From contig JAFRVX010000114.1 of the NCBI GenBank assembly GCA_017438305.1, positions 2,602 to 66,601 on the forward strand: 64,000 nucleotides of DNA, written 5' to 3'. Positions within the stretch are counted from its first letter, which is position 1; every line of letters starts with the position of its first letter. A program made the position numbers and the translations under genes. This document shows positions 23,942 to 32,452 of the stretch, one piece after another. The DNA is from Lachnospiraceae bacterium. Its GTDB lineage: Bacteria > Bacillota > Clostridia > Lachnospirales > Lachnospiraceae. The notes under the pieces were generated by a model that was not told the origin of the DNA, did not search any database, and saw only the letters and a list, made by a program, of their open reading frames with translations.

Positions 23942-25234
23942 TTAATCAGTTCCTTCCTCCTGCTCCTTTTCGGATGGGACTGCAAAGGACTGTATGAGCT
24001 CGCTTTCATCCCCGTACCAAAGGATCTTATAAGGACATTCCTTTCCATGAATACTTCCAATTTCCTTTTTATCAAAGATCAGAAGCCCCCACCGCTGACT
24101 TCCTTTTTCATTATAGACAACATATTGATAGTCTTTACCGCCTATCGGGATTTCCCATGCATATCCTATGTCCGGGATCTTATATTCATCCACAATGTTG
24201 AAGTCTGTATCGTAAACTACACATTTTCTTTCCCTCTCGGGGAATTCCCGGTTAATACTCGTGTTGTCAAGGTAAAAGTAATTCCCATCAGACAGGGGTG
24301 TATTATATTGTTCCACAGATGAAAGGACTGTTCCTTTTGATCCTCCGTAAACATCAGATTCATAGATCTCTGTCAGGTATATTGAGTTCTCCATTCCGTT
24401 CCGGGGCTCTCTGTATAGTTTTCCGTCAAATAATACAAGGTCATCAAACTCAAGGTCAGTTTTTTCTATTTCTCCTGTACGCATATTGTAGACCTGAGAT
24501 AATATGTTTGGCCCGTTTATCATTGTGAACCAGACATAATCACCCAGGGCCCGCAACGGGAGACATCCATGCTGTAAGCCGTCATAGTAGATTTCTTCTT
24601 CTGTCATGATTTTCTTTTCAAGGTCGATTCTGTTAAAACATGTTTTTGCTGCAATTCCCTCTTCTGAAGTAACAAACACCGAAGAATAATAGAACAGTGT
24701 ACCTCTATGAATTAGCGGAAACGCCATATCCACTGTTCTCCATATCATTTCTTTTGAAGAACCGTCCGTGGATACTTTGACGACACATGTTTTTCGGTTT
24801 TCAGGATCATTATCTAACCTATCATAACAGATATAAAGATCATCCTTATACAGCATCAGACTTATAGGAGCAAATCTCCCATTCTCATCATAAAAGGCAT
24901 AGTCAAGACAGGCATTACACTCCCGTTTCTTTTCAGGATCCCTTTCCTCATCATGAAGACAGTTTGCCTTTGAACAAAGAGGGATAATCGCACCTCCTTG
25001 CCTGTAAGTATATAAGAAATCATTATGAACAAAGATACAGCCTTCTTCAATCTCCTGGATTTTCGGGTAGATTAGATTCGGCGTCATCATATAACACTGC
25101 CAATCCGTTTCAAAGTTGTAGTCATCCTGAAAAACCATCTTTCTCTCCGTTGAAGAGGAGCTTTCGGTTGCTCCTGTAAAATCTTTACTGCTGCCGCATC
25201 CGGAGAAAAGGATGATTCCAAGTAAGAAAGCCAT
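23942..25234 (-). CDS. large lipoprotein, paralogue A (possible beta-propeller, DUF5050-like by eye)
   Basis: Start placed at MAFLLGIILFSGCGSS (lipobox); the track ORF extends to 25318 inside the upstream gene. Paralogous to 26647-27945. Confidence 0.6.
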   Translation of the reverse strand: MAFLLGIILFSGCGSSKDFTGATESSSSTERKMVFQDDYNFETDWQCYMMTPNLIYPKIQEIEEGCIFVHNDFLYTYRQGGAIIPLCSKANCLHDEERDPEKKRECNACLDYAFYDENGRFAPISLMLYKDDLYICYDRLDNDPENRKTCVVKVSTDGSSKEMIWRTVDMAFPLIHRGTLFYYSSVFVTSEEGIAAKTCFNRIDLEKKIMTEEEIYYDGLQHGCLPLRALGDYVWFTMINGPNILSQVYNMRTGEIEKTDLEFDDLVLFDGKLYREPRNGMENSIYLTEIYESDVYGGSKGTVLSSVEQYNTPLSDGNYFYLDNTSINREFPERERKCVVYDTDFNIVDEYKIPDIGYAWEIPIGGKDYQYVVYNEKGSQRWGLLIFDKKEIGSIHGKECPYKILWYGDESELIQSFAVPSEKEQEEGTD

Positions 25235-25265
25235 TCTCAAAGGGAATGTCCGGCTGAATAAGTGC

Positions 25266-25688
25266 TTAACCCTGAGAGCCACTGCTTGTTTCCCCTGTCC
25301 ATGTGCCTGCTGTTCCAATCACTTTATGTGTCGCAATGGAACCTGCGGCAGAGTAGGGATATGGAATAGATATTGTGACGCTGACCGGATCAATATCTAC
25401 CCCACTGTTTGTTGCAGGAGTATAGTTATACCTGAAAACATGACTGTCATAGGCTGCATAAGCAATTAAAGAAACCTCTTTAGTCGTATGAAGTTTGTGT
25501 TTCGTATTAGCGCTTACAGACGAAGGCGTATAACCGGTGGAACCTGATGCGTAGGAACCATCAATCATATACGACGACTGCACAAAACTCGCGGCATTCA
25601 CGGGGGTGGACGTAAATAATCCGGCTGCCATAATCACCGCACCGGCAATACCAGCTGTTTTCTTTATGAAACTTCTTATTCCTTCCAT
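25266..25688 (-). CDS. small Sec-secreted protein, paralogue A (140 aa)
   Basis: Signal peptide ...STPVNA/ASFVQ. The mature part is Ser/Thr/Tyr/Gly-rich. Paralogous to 27938-28360. Confidence 0.65.
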   Translation of the reverse strand: MEGIRSFIKKTAGIAGAVIMAAGLFTSTPVNAASFVQSSYMIDGSYASGSTGYTPSSVSANTKHKLHTTKEVSLIAYAAYDSHVFRYNYTPATNSGVDIDPVSVTISIPYPYSAAGSIATHKVIGTAGTWTGETSSGSQG

Positions 25689-25869
25689 ACCTAAAAACCC
25701 TTTTCTTCTTAAAGATACTGGTACGAATCAATTAAAACTTTCTAGATCGCCGTACTATACGACAGACTCTCTTTGACCTGTTACCAACCATTGTTAACAC
25801 AGAACAGATTATATGCAATTATTGAACTATTTGATAGACTCTGGTATTACCCTCCTTCTCAATGATGGA

Positions 25870-26529
25870 TTACTTCCCGTTAACTTCAACTTTTCCCCGG
25901 CATCGTTCTAAATATAAGTATTCAACTATCGGTTTGGACACCGGATCTGTATCTTCGGCATCGGCATCCGGTGACCAGGTCTGACTCTGACCTTCAACCA
26001 GGATCTCCGCCCTTACTCCTATAAATTCATCCGCACCTTCCGGAAGCTCTATCTCCAATAACACAGGTTCGAAAATATTCCTGCTTGTCACCGTCTGTTT
26101 CCTTACATAGTTATCCCCTTCTTTTGTATAATAACCATATATCGTTGCAACAGCAGTATCACTATATCCTATAAGAACCTGGCCGTGTTCTTCATAATGC
26201 GATGTGTCAGGCATATCTAGGATCACTTCCACAGATGCTTTATCACGTGACAAGTTTACCTCGCCTTCAATCCCCGGTACATGATCAGAATACCTGTTTT
26301 TTTTCTTAAGCTCCCCTGTAAACAATATATCCTCAGGCTCTGTATATTCTATAAATGGCTCCATGTTCAGCGAAGTTTTTGGAATGGTGGAAGAATCCCG
26401 TTTAGCATAATCAGAAATGACAATGAGCGCGCCGTTATTCTCCATGTTTCCGCAGCCTGATAACAGCATCGCTCCAAGCAAGAGGATAACTCCAATGTTA
26501 ATAAATATACTGTTCCTGTTTTTTTGCAT
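25870..26529 (-). CDS. lipoprotein of unknown function
   Basis: Start at MQKNRNSIFINIGVILLLGAMLLSGCGN (lipobox LLSG-C). 219 aa. Confidence 0.55.
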   Translation of the reverse strand: MQKNRNSIFINIGVILLLGAMLLSGCGNMENNGALIVISDYAKRDSSTIPKTSLNMEPFIEYTEPEDILFTGELKKKNRYSDHVPGIEGEVNLSRDKASVEVILDMPDTSHYEEHGQVLIGYSDTAVATIYGYYTKEGDNYVRKQTVTSRNIFEPVLLEIELPEGADEFIGVRAEILVEGQSQTWSPDADAEDTDPVSKPIVEYLYLERCRGKVEVNGK

Positions 26530-26646
26530 AACGGTCACTCTTTCCTCTGGGTGCACCCATACATCCGGCCAATTCCATTTATAACATTCTGGGAATACAC
26601 AGCAACTCGTGGAGTTATTGCTGCCTGTACCCTCCGTTCTCTGGTG

Positions 26647-27945
26647 TTAAGGCGCAGCGATGAATGCGGCAGGTTCTGTCTGATCATCACCATACCATAG
26701 GATTCTATAAGGACATTCCTTTCCCTGTATACTCCCGATCTCCTTTTTATCAAAGATCAGAAGCCCCCACCGTTCACTTTCCTTTTCATTATAGACAACA
26801 TATTGGAAGTCTTTCCCACCTATTGGGATTTCTCCCGAATAGCCTATGTCCGGGATCTTATATTCGTCTACTTTCCTGAAACCTGTATCGTAAACCGTGC
26901 ATTTCCTTTCCCTTTCGGGAAATTCCTGGTTAATCAGTGAATTGTCAAGATAGAAATAATGACCGTCCGATAAAGGCGTATTATACTGCTCTACGGATGA
27001 AAGCACGGTTCCTTTTGATCCTCCGTATACATCAGACTCATAGATCTCTGTCAGGTATATCGAGTTCTCCAGCCCGTTCCGGGGTTCTCTGTACAGTTTT
27101 CCGTTAAACAACATCAGCGCATCAAACCCAAGTTCGGTTTTTTCTATCTCTCCTGTACGAATATTATAGACCTGCGACAATGTGTCTGTCCCGTTTATCA
27201 TCGTAAACCAGACATAATCTCCCAGAGCCCGGAGCGGAAGACTTCCATGCTGCACTCCATCATAGAACAATTCTTCTTTGGAGAGTTTTTTCTTTTCAAG
27301 ATCGATTTTGTTAAAACTGATCTTTCCCGCCACATTTTCTTCTGTTGCCGTAAAGGCAACGTCATAATAATATAGAGCTCCTCGGTGGATCAAAGGAAAA
27401 TGCATTTTGTTCTCTCTCAGTATCACTTCCTTTGACGTTCCGTCCAATGATAGTTTTATGACACAGACATTTCTTCCTTCAGGATCGTTATCCATAATAT
27501 CATAACAAACATAAAGATCATCTTTATCAAGCATCAGTTTTCCTGAATATGACCCGACCTCATCATCATAGAAGGCATAGTCCAGCCAGGCATTGCACTC
27601 CCGTTTCTTCTCAGGATCGTTTTCCTGATCGTGAAGACAGTTCACTTTTGAGCAGAGCGGCATAATTGTGCCCCCCTGTTTATAAGTATAGATAAAATCA
27701 TTGTGTACAAAAACACATCCTCCATCTGTCTCCTGCATTCTCGCACTCATGACGTAAGGGGTAGTCATGTAATACTGCCAGTCCGTGCCAAAATGATAAT
27801 TATCATGAAAATCCTCCTTTTTTTCCAGTACCGTGGATTCATAACTTATCGTACCCTCCTCATCGGAGCATCCGCTGAGCAATATTATAAGAAAAAAACA
27901 TAGGAACCGGAAGACAGCAGACCAGGATAAATTATGCTTAATCAT
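26647..27945 (-). CDS. large lipoprotein, paralogue B
   Basis: Start at MIKHNLSWSAVFRFLCFFLIILLSGCSDEE. This ATG overlaps the upstream stop (ATGATTAA). Confidence 0.65.
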   Translation of the reverse strand: MIKHNLSWSAVFRFLCFFLIILLSGCSDEEGTISYESTVLEKKEDFHDNYHFGTDWQYYMTTPYVMSARMQETDGGCVFVHNDFIYTYKQGGTIMPLCSKVNCLHDQENDPEKKRECNAWLDYAFYDDEVGSYSGKLMLDKDDLYVCYDIMDNDPEGRNVCVIKLSLDGTSKEVILRENKMHFPLIHRGALYYYDVAFTATEENVAGKISFNKIDLEKKKLSKEELFYDGVQHGSLPLRALGDYVWFTMINGTDTLSQVYNIRTGEIEKTELGFDALMLFNGKLYREPRNGLENSIYLTEIYESDVYGGSKGTVLSSVEQYNTPLSDGHYFYLDNSLINQEFPERERKCTVYDTGFRKVDEYKIPDIGYSGEIPIGGKDFQYVVYNEKESERWGLLIFDKKEIGSIQGKECPYRILWYGDDQTEPAAFIAAP

Positions 27946-28360
27946 AGTGGCCGCTGAAAGTTGAACCGCTCCATACACCGGTCGTTCCGGTTACTTTATG
28001 TGTTGCTTTTGATCCTGCTCCATAATAAGGAGATGGTATGGAAACAGATACACTAACAGGATCGAGATCTACTGCGCTTCCCGTAACAGGTGTACTATTG
28101 TACTGAAAATAGTATCCCGAATAACTGGCATATGCCGTCAAAGACACTTCCTTTGTCGTATGCAGTTTGTGTTTTGTGTTGGCACTCACCGATGATGATG
28201 TGTAACCGGTAGATCCTGATGCATAGGCACCATCAATCATATATGCTGACTGTACAAAACTTGCGGCATTCACCGGGGTGGACGATATAAACCCGACTGC
28301 CATGATCACCGCACCGGCAATACCGGCTGCTTTTTTTATATAGTTTCTTTTTCTTTTCAT
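27938..28360 (-). CDS. small Sec-secreted protein, paralogue B (140 aa)
   Basis: Start at MKRKRNYIKKAAG, preceded by AAAGGAGAAA. Signal peptide ...STPVNA/ASFVQ. Confidence 0.7.
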   Translation of the reverse strand: MKRKRNYIKKAAGIAGAVIMAVGFISSTPVNAASFVQSAYMIDGAYASGSTGYTSSSVSANTKHKLHTTKEVSLTAYASYSGYYFQYNSTPVTGSAVDLDPVSVSVSIPSPYYGAGSKATHKVTGTTGVWSGSTFSGHYD

Positions 28361-28415
28361 GATCAGCTTTCTCCTTTGCAAAGGTCCGTTGCACATTAAT
28401 TTGTTTTCCTCCTGT

Positions 28416-28445
28416 ATTATAAACATCACCCATAAACAGTGTCAA
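28416..28445 (-). promoter_or_regulatory. sigma-A type promoter TTGACA-N18-TATAAT for the secreted-protein/lipoprotein operon
   Basis: Minus-strand reading GCGTATTGACACTGTTTATGGGTGATGTTTATAATACAGG. The -35 is at 28440-28445 and the -10 at 28416-28421. Confidence 0.65.
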
Positions 28446-28450
28446 TACGC

Positions 28451-28519
28451 TTCACTTATTCAACGTTTTTTTCACTTATTCGACATTTTCCACATAGATA
28501 ACGCGTCAGATAAGTGAAA
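28451..28519. promoter_or_regulatory. three copies of TTCACTTAT(T/C) (two direct, 20-bp period; one inverted): candidate LytTR boxes
   Basis: TTCACTTATTCAAC at 28451-28464. TTCACTTATTCGAC at 28471-28484. The inverted copy GATAAGTGAAAA at 28508-28519 sits directly upstream of TTGCAG-N17-TATCCT, which faces the response-regulator gene. Confidence 0.5.
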
Positions 28520-28597
28520 ACAGTTGCAGGATCACCAAAAGATGTGTATCCTTACAACCATAACAGCTATGAATAATCTCCCCTTGAGGTTTTATCT

Positions 28598-29332
28598 ATG
28601 AAAATAGCCTTTTGTGATGATGAAGTGATGAATTTCAGGGATTTTCAGCACTCCGTTGAACTTTACAATAAAAAAAACTCCGCCGGAGCAGAGGTTACTT
28701 ATTTTCCCGAAGGCTCACAGCTAAGAGAAGTGCTGGATAAAGGCTCGCGGTACGATGTCTACTTCCTGGATATTGTGATGCCGGATCCGAACGGATATCA
28801 GCTTGCGGAAAGCATACGGAAGCTCGGGATCGAGGCTCCGATCATATTTATAAGCCAGTATGACATCTATGATAAAAAAAGAGAGAGCCTGAAAATCTTC
28901 CGTTTTATCTCCAAACCCATAAATTCAAGAGAGCTCTTTTCGTGTCTTGATCACATAAACAGGGAAGCAGAGAATAAACTGAAAACCATTTCTGTAAGAT
29001 ACCGTCCGGCAAAAGGCGAGGACTTTACGAAAACCGTCATTCCTTTATCCGAAATCACCCATGCCATGTATTATTACCATCAGATCACTTTGTTTACCGA
29101 GCATAATGCATATGTTTTTTCGAGCAGGGAAAGCTTTAAAGAATATCTTGAAAATGATCTTGATAACAGCCTTATCCAGTGCAGTCAGAGCGAAGCCGTG
29201 AATCCGGATCATATCCTTAAGTATACAAAAAGCCGCATTTTCATGAAAGACGGGCATTCAATACTGATCACACGCTCTTTCAGGCAGACGGCTTTTTCGA
29301 AGATTCAGCTTTATTTTTCCGGAGATTATTAA
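28598..29332 (+). CDS. LytTR-family response regulator (AgrA/ComE-like)
   Basis: 244 aa. Receiver domain (CDDE, YFLDIVMPD, ISKP) plus a C-terminal LytTR-like DNA-binding domain. Confidence 0.75.
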   Translation: MKIAFCDDEVMNFRDFQHSVELYNKKNSAGAEVTYFPEGSQLREVLDKGSRYDVYFLDIVMPDPNGYQLAESIRKLGIEAPIIFISQYDIYDKKRESLKIFRFISKPINSRELFSCLDHINREAENKLKTISVRYRPAKGEDFTKTVIPLSEITHAMYYYHQITLFTEHNAYVFSSRESFKEYLENDLDNSLIQCSQSEAVNPDHILKYTKSRIFMKDGHSILITRSFRQTAFSKIQLYFSGDY

Positions 29333-29364
29333 GCGATTATTACGCGATTGATTGGAGATTGATT

Positions 29365-30657
29365 ATGGATGTTTTACTGGACTGCTGCATGAGTCTTTTT
29401 ATGAGCCTTCTGACGGTTTATTATCTTAATAAGGTCTTTAAAGATCCCCGGTTTGAAAGCCCCTCTGCCCTATTCTTTGAAACGGCAGGATATGCCGTAT
29501 TACTGTTCCTGAGTTTCAGGTTTTACAGGGTATTATCGGGCATCCCGGGTTTTTTGCTTATGCTCCTTCCTGTCTTTCTTTTTATTCTGCTTCTTTTTAA
29601 CGATCCGATCCGGAAGAAGCTTCCTCATCTTTTGTACTGGCTTTTCATTTGTATAAGCCTCTATTATTTAATGCCTCATCTTTTTGCAGCTGCTGCAGGA
29701 AAAAGCCTGCAGCAGGATAACGGCAGGGAAATGCAGATCATCTTCCTGTTTCTTGATAATCTGCTGTTTCTGGTATTCATTTCGGCCGGCATTATGTTTT
29801 CCGACAAAGAAAAGCGTCATACCGGAACCAATGCTGTCCTGCTTTCCACTAACCTTTTCTGTATCGGGATCATCCTTTTTGTGATCAGAACTGCAGCAGA
29901 AAGGCAGGAAGCGTTAAGCACAACCGCCATGATATCCATTGTGCTTTCCCTTATCCTTTCCGGTATTTTCCTGGTTCTTTTCTACCTGATACGGGAAGAA
30001 GATGCAGAGGCCCGGAAAATGGCTGTTATCCATAATCATCTTGAAACACAGGAAAAACAGAATGCGGAAACAGATTCTCTTTTCCGGTCTTTCCAGATGC
30101 TTAAACACAATATGAATCATTATGTAAAGAGCATATCGTCCTATGTAAATAATAATGACATGGCTGGCGTACAGCATGAGTTAAACAGGCTTTCCAAAGA
30201 GACAGAAACTGCAAATGCTCTCATAAGCGGCTGTTCAGAGGTTGATGCAGCGGTTTACTTAAAGACCCTTGAATTCAAAAAAGAAGGGATCCCCTTTACC
30301 TGTCATCTTTGTGACCTTTCGAAGATCCCCATAACGCCTTTTGAACTTAATTCAATTATAATTAACCTTCTGGACAACGCAAAAAGGGCCGTATCTGACC
30401 CGGAGGTATCCGATCCCTATGTGGATTTCAGGATAAACCGTATGGAACAGATGCTTATTGTCCAATGCTCCAACACGCTTTCCGAAAAGCAGCTGGAACA
30501 TCTTAACGGACCGGATCCTTTAAAGAAAGCTATAACGGAAAACGGCCTGGGGCTGAAAGTTATACGGCATATAGCAGACCGGTATGATGCTGTCTTTACC
30601 GTAAACCTGGTCCGTGATTGTTTTCACGCAGTGGTATCTTTCGAATATCCGGATTGA
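29365..30657 (+). CDS. AgrC-like GHKL sensor histidine kinase (polytopic N-terminus)
   Basis: ATG at 29365 follows GGAG. About 6 TM segments, H-box region FQMLKHNMNHY, N-box NLLDNAKRA, G-box GLGLKVIRHIADRY. Confidence 0.75.
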   Translation: MDVLLDCCMSLFMSLLTVYYLNKVFKDPRFESPSALFFETAGYAVLLFLSFRFYRVLSGIPGFLLMLLPVFLFILLLFNDPIRKKLPHLLYWLFICISLYYLMPHLFAAAAGKSLQQDNGREMQIIFLFLDNLLFLVFISAGIMFSDKEKRHTGTNAVLLSTNLFCIGIILFVIRTAAERQEALSTTAMISIVLSLILSGIFLVLFYLIREEDAEARKMAVIHNHLETQEKQNAETDSLFRSFQMLKHNMNHYVKSISSYVNNNDMAGVQHELNRLSKETETANALISGCSEVDAAVYLKTLEFKKEGIPFTCHLCDLSKIPITPFELNSIIINLLDNAKRAVSDPEVSDPYVDFRINRMEQMLIVQCSNTLSEKQLEHLNGPDPLKKAITENGLGLKVIRHIADRYDAVFTVNLVRDCFHAVVSFEYPD

Positions 30658-30666
30658 ACGCAAACT

Positions 30667-32163
30667 TTATGATATAAATTCAAAACTGAAGAACTGCCCT
30701 CTTCCTTCTCCGGCGAAAGAGAAATACAGGGCATGACAGCCGTTCTCCACTGTAACAGGGACGCATATGCTGCCATTTTCAGTGATCTCGGCAGTTCCTA
30801 TGATGCTGTCCTTCTCCAAAGAGGTAAACAGGGTAACCTTTCCGCAGAAACTGCCTTTTAAGTGCAGGCAGACAGATTTTACATTGTCAAAGTCGAAATA
30901 CTTGTATCCGGCCACGCTGCCGTCCTGAATATCCGTAATGAACTGTTCCTGCCCGTCTTCCGTGGCTGTGATCCGGGTCTGGCTCTGCATCACCGGGTTC
31001 TGGTAATTGATCACGCTGACCGTAGAGGGATCTGTTATATGACAGGCTATGGCTGCCGGATATTTTCCTTCTGTCTTCAGCGGTCCGTCGTTCAGGCCGC
31101 AGCTGGTGATCTCTGTCTGGTCGATGCTGCCGTCTTCCTTTATGGTCAGCTTTTCCGCGCAGCCCTGGCGGGAGAATTCCGTACCGTTGGTCTGCCGATG
31201 GTAGAAGATATACCATTGTCCGCCCGCCTTTACCATGCCGCCGTGGTTATTGCCCAGCACGTTGACCGGTTCTGTCCTGCCGTCAAGGCCGATATCGCCG
31301 TTGGAAACCAGCGTGCCGCCGTAAACAAAACCTCTGTCGGGGAAGTCCGAGACCGCATAGCAGAGCTCATGGCTCTTATGGCTGGAATAGACAAAATAAT
31401 ACCGGCTTCCGACCTTCCGGATGGAAGAAGCCTCAAAGAAGCCATGGCCTTCGAAGCCGGTGCCTTCCGTATGATGGCCGCCGGGGATAAGCACCCGGGG
31501 CACTTCCTTCAGAGTCAGCATGTCTGCTTCCAGTTCTGCCGTCATGCCGTTTTCTCCAAGTTTAAGCGATGCCAGGCCGCCCATCCGTTTTTTCAGTTTT
31601 TCCTTCTCTTCCTCCGGGATGTCCATCTCATCCGGGTTCGGCAGCTTCATTTCCTTCTCGGCAGCAGGAGCAAAGCCATAGTACAGATAGACCCGTCCGT
31701 CATCGTCCGTCAGCACCGCCGGATCAAAGGGCATATACTCCCTTAACACAGCGCCGTGATGGAGGCTTTCCGGGTAATGGACATGTCCGTAAAATTCAAA
31801 GGGGCCGGCGGGGGAATTGCTTACCGCAACGCCGATCTCCGGATAGAAGGAAAAGCAGTAATACAGATAGTATCTGCCGTCGGGTCCTTTTGTCACATCC
31901 GGCGCCCACAGCTGCATATTGCCTTCTTTGTTGGAAGGATCCTGGGTTTTGGTGTAGATCACGCCCTCATAGCGCCAGTCGGAAAGATCGTCTTCCGGCG
32001 CGGACCAGGTCACGTAATCGCCTTCACAGTACTTTGTGCCGAAGGCTCTGTCATGGGAACCGTAAATATAGACCCTGCCGTCGAAAAGATGGGGCTCTCC
32101 GTCCGGCACATACTCGTAGGCCGGAAGGTACGGATTGAATACCTGTTTTTTCATAACTGCCAT
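30667..32163 (-). CDS. glycoside hydrolase family 43 (beta-xylosidase / alpha-L-arabinofuranosidase type)
   Basis: 498 aa. NPYLPAYEYVPDGEPHLFDGRVYIYGSHD and WAPDV motifs typical of GH43. Confidence 0.8.
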   Translation of the reverse strand: MAVMKKQVFNPYLPAYEYVPDGEPHLFDGRVYIYGSHDRAFGTKYCEGDYVTWSAPEDDLSDWRYEGVIYTKTQDPSNKEGNMQLWAPDVTKGPDGRYYLYYCFSFYPEIGVAVSNSPAGPFEFYGHVHYPESLHHGAVLREYMPFDPAVLTDDDGRVYLYYGFAPAAEKEMKLPNPDEMDIPEEEKEKLKKRMGGLASLKLGENGMTAELEADMLTLKEVPRVLIPGGHHTEGTGFEGHGFFEASSIRKVGSRYYFVYSSHKSHELCYAVSDFPDRGFVYGGTLVSNGDIGLDGRTEPVNVLGNNHGGMVKAGGQWYIFYHRQTNGTEFSRQGCAEKLTIKEDGSIDQTEITSCGLNDGPLKTEGKYPAAIACHITDPSTVSVINYQNPVMQSQTRITATEDGQEQFITDIQDGSVAGYKYFDFDNVKSVCLHLKGSFCGKVTLFTSLEKDSIIGTAEITENGSICVPVTVENGCHALYFSFAGEGRGQFFSFEFIS

Positions 32164-32452
32164 TCTGGATGTATCCTGAATAAGGGATACATCGGTCTCC
32201 TTTCAGTTTATGAACCATATATTTCCCGTTCTGATAACAATAATATACAGGCCGCCATGAAAAGTCAATTGTCAGGCTTGATTATGAAAGAGCTGTTTAT
32301 TCGACTGTTTACAGACCAGGGACCTGTACCTGCTCCATCTGCAAAAAAGGAGATTCTCTTACCGGCCATTTTTATGACCTTTCGAAAATCCCCTTACACA
32401 CATTTTGAACAGAAATACTGTATTCTTAATTGACACTGAATCATCCCGGCAT

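Noticed and set aside
28542-28601. A 19-codon uORF (MCILTTITAMNNLPLRFYL) whose TGA overlaps the response-regulator ATG, considered as a possible autoinducing peptide.
   Set aside because: It is much shorter than AgrD-type precursors and lacks an amphipathic leader or charged tail. No AgrB-like processing enzyme is present. At most it is a coupling uORF, and it is unsupported.
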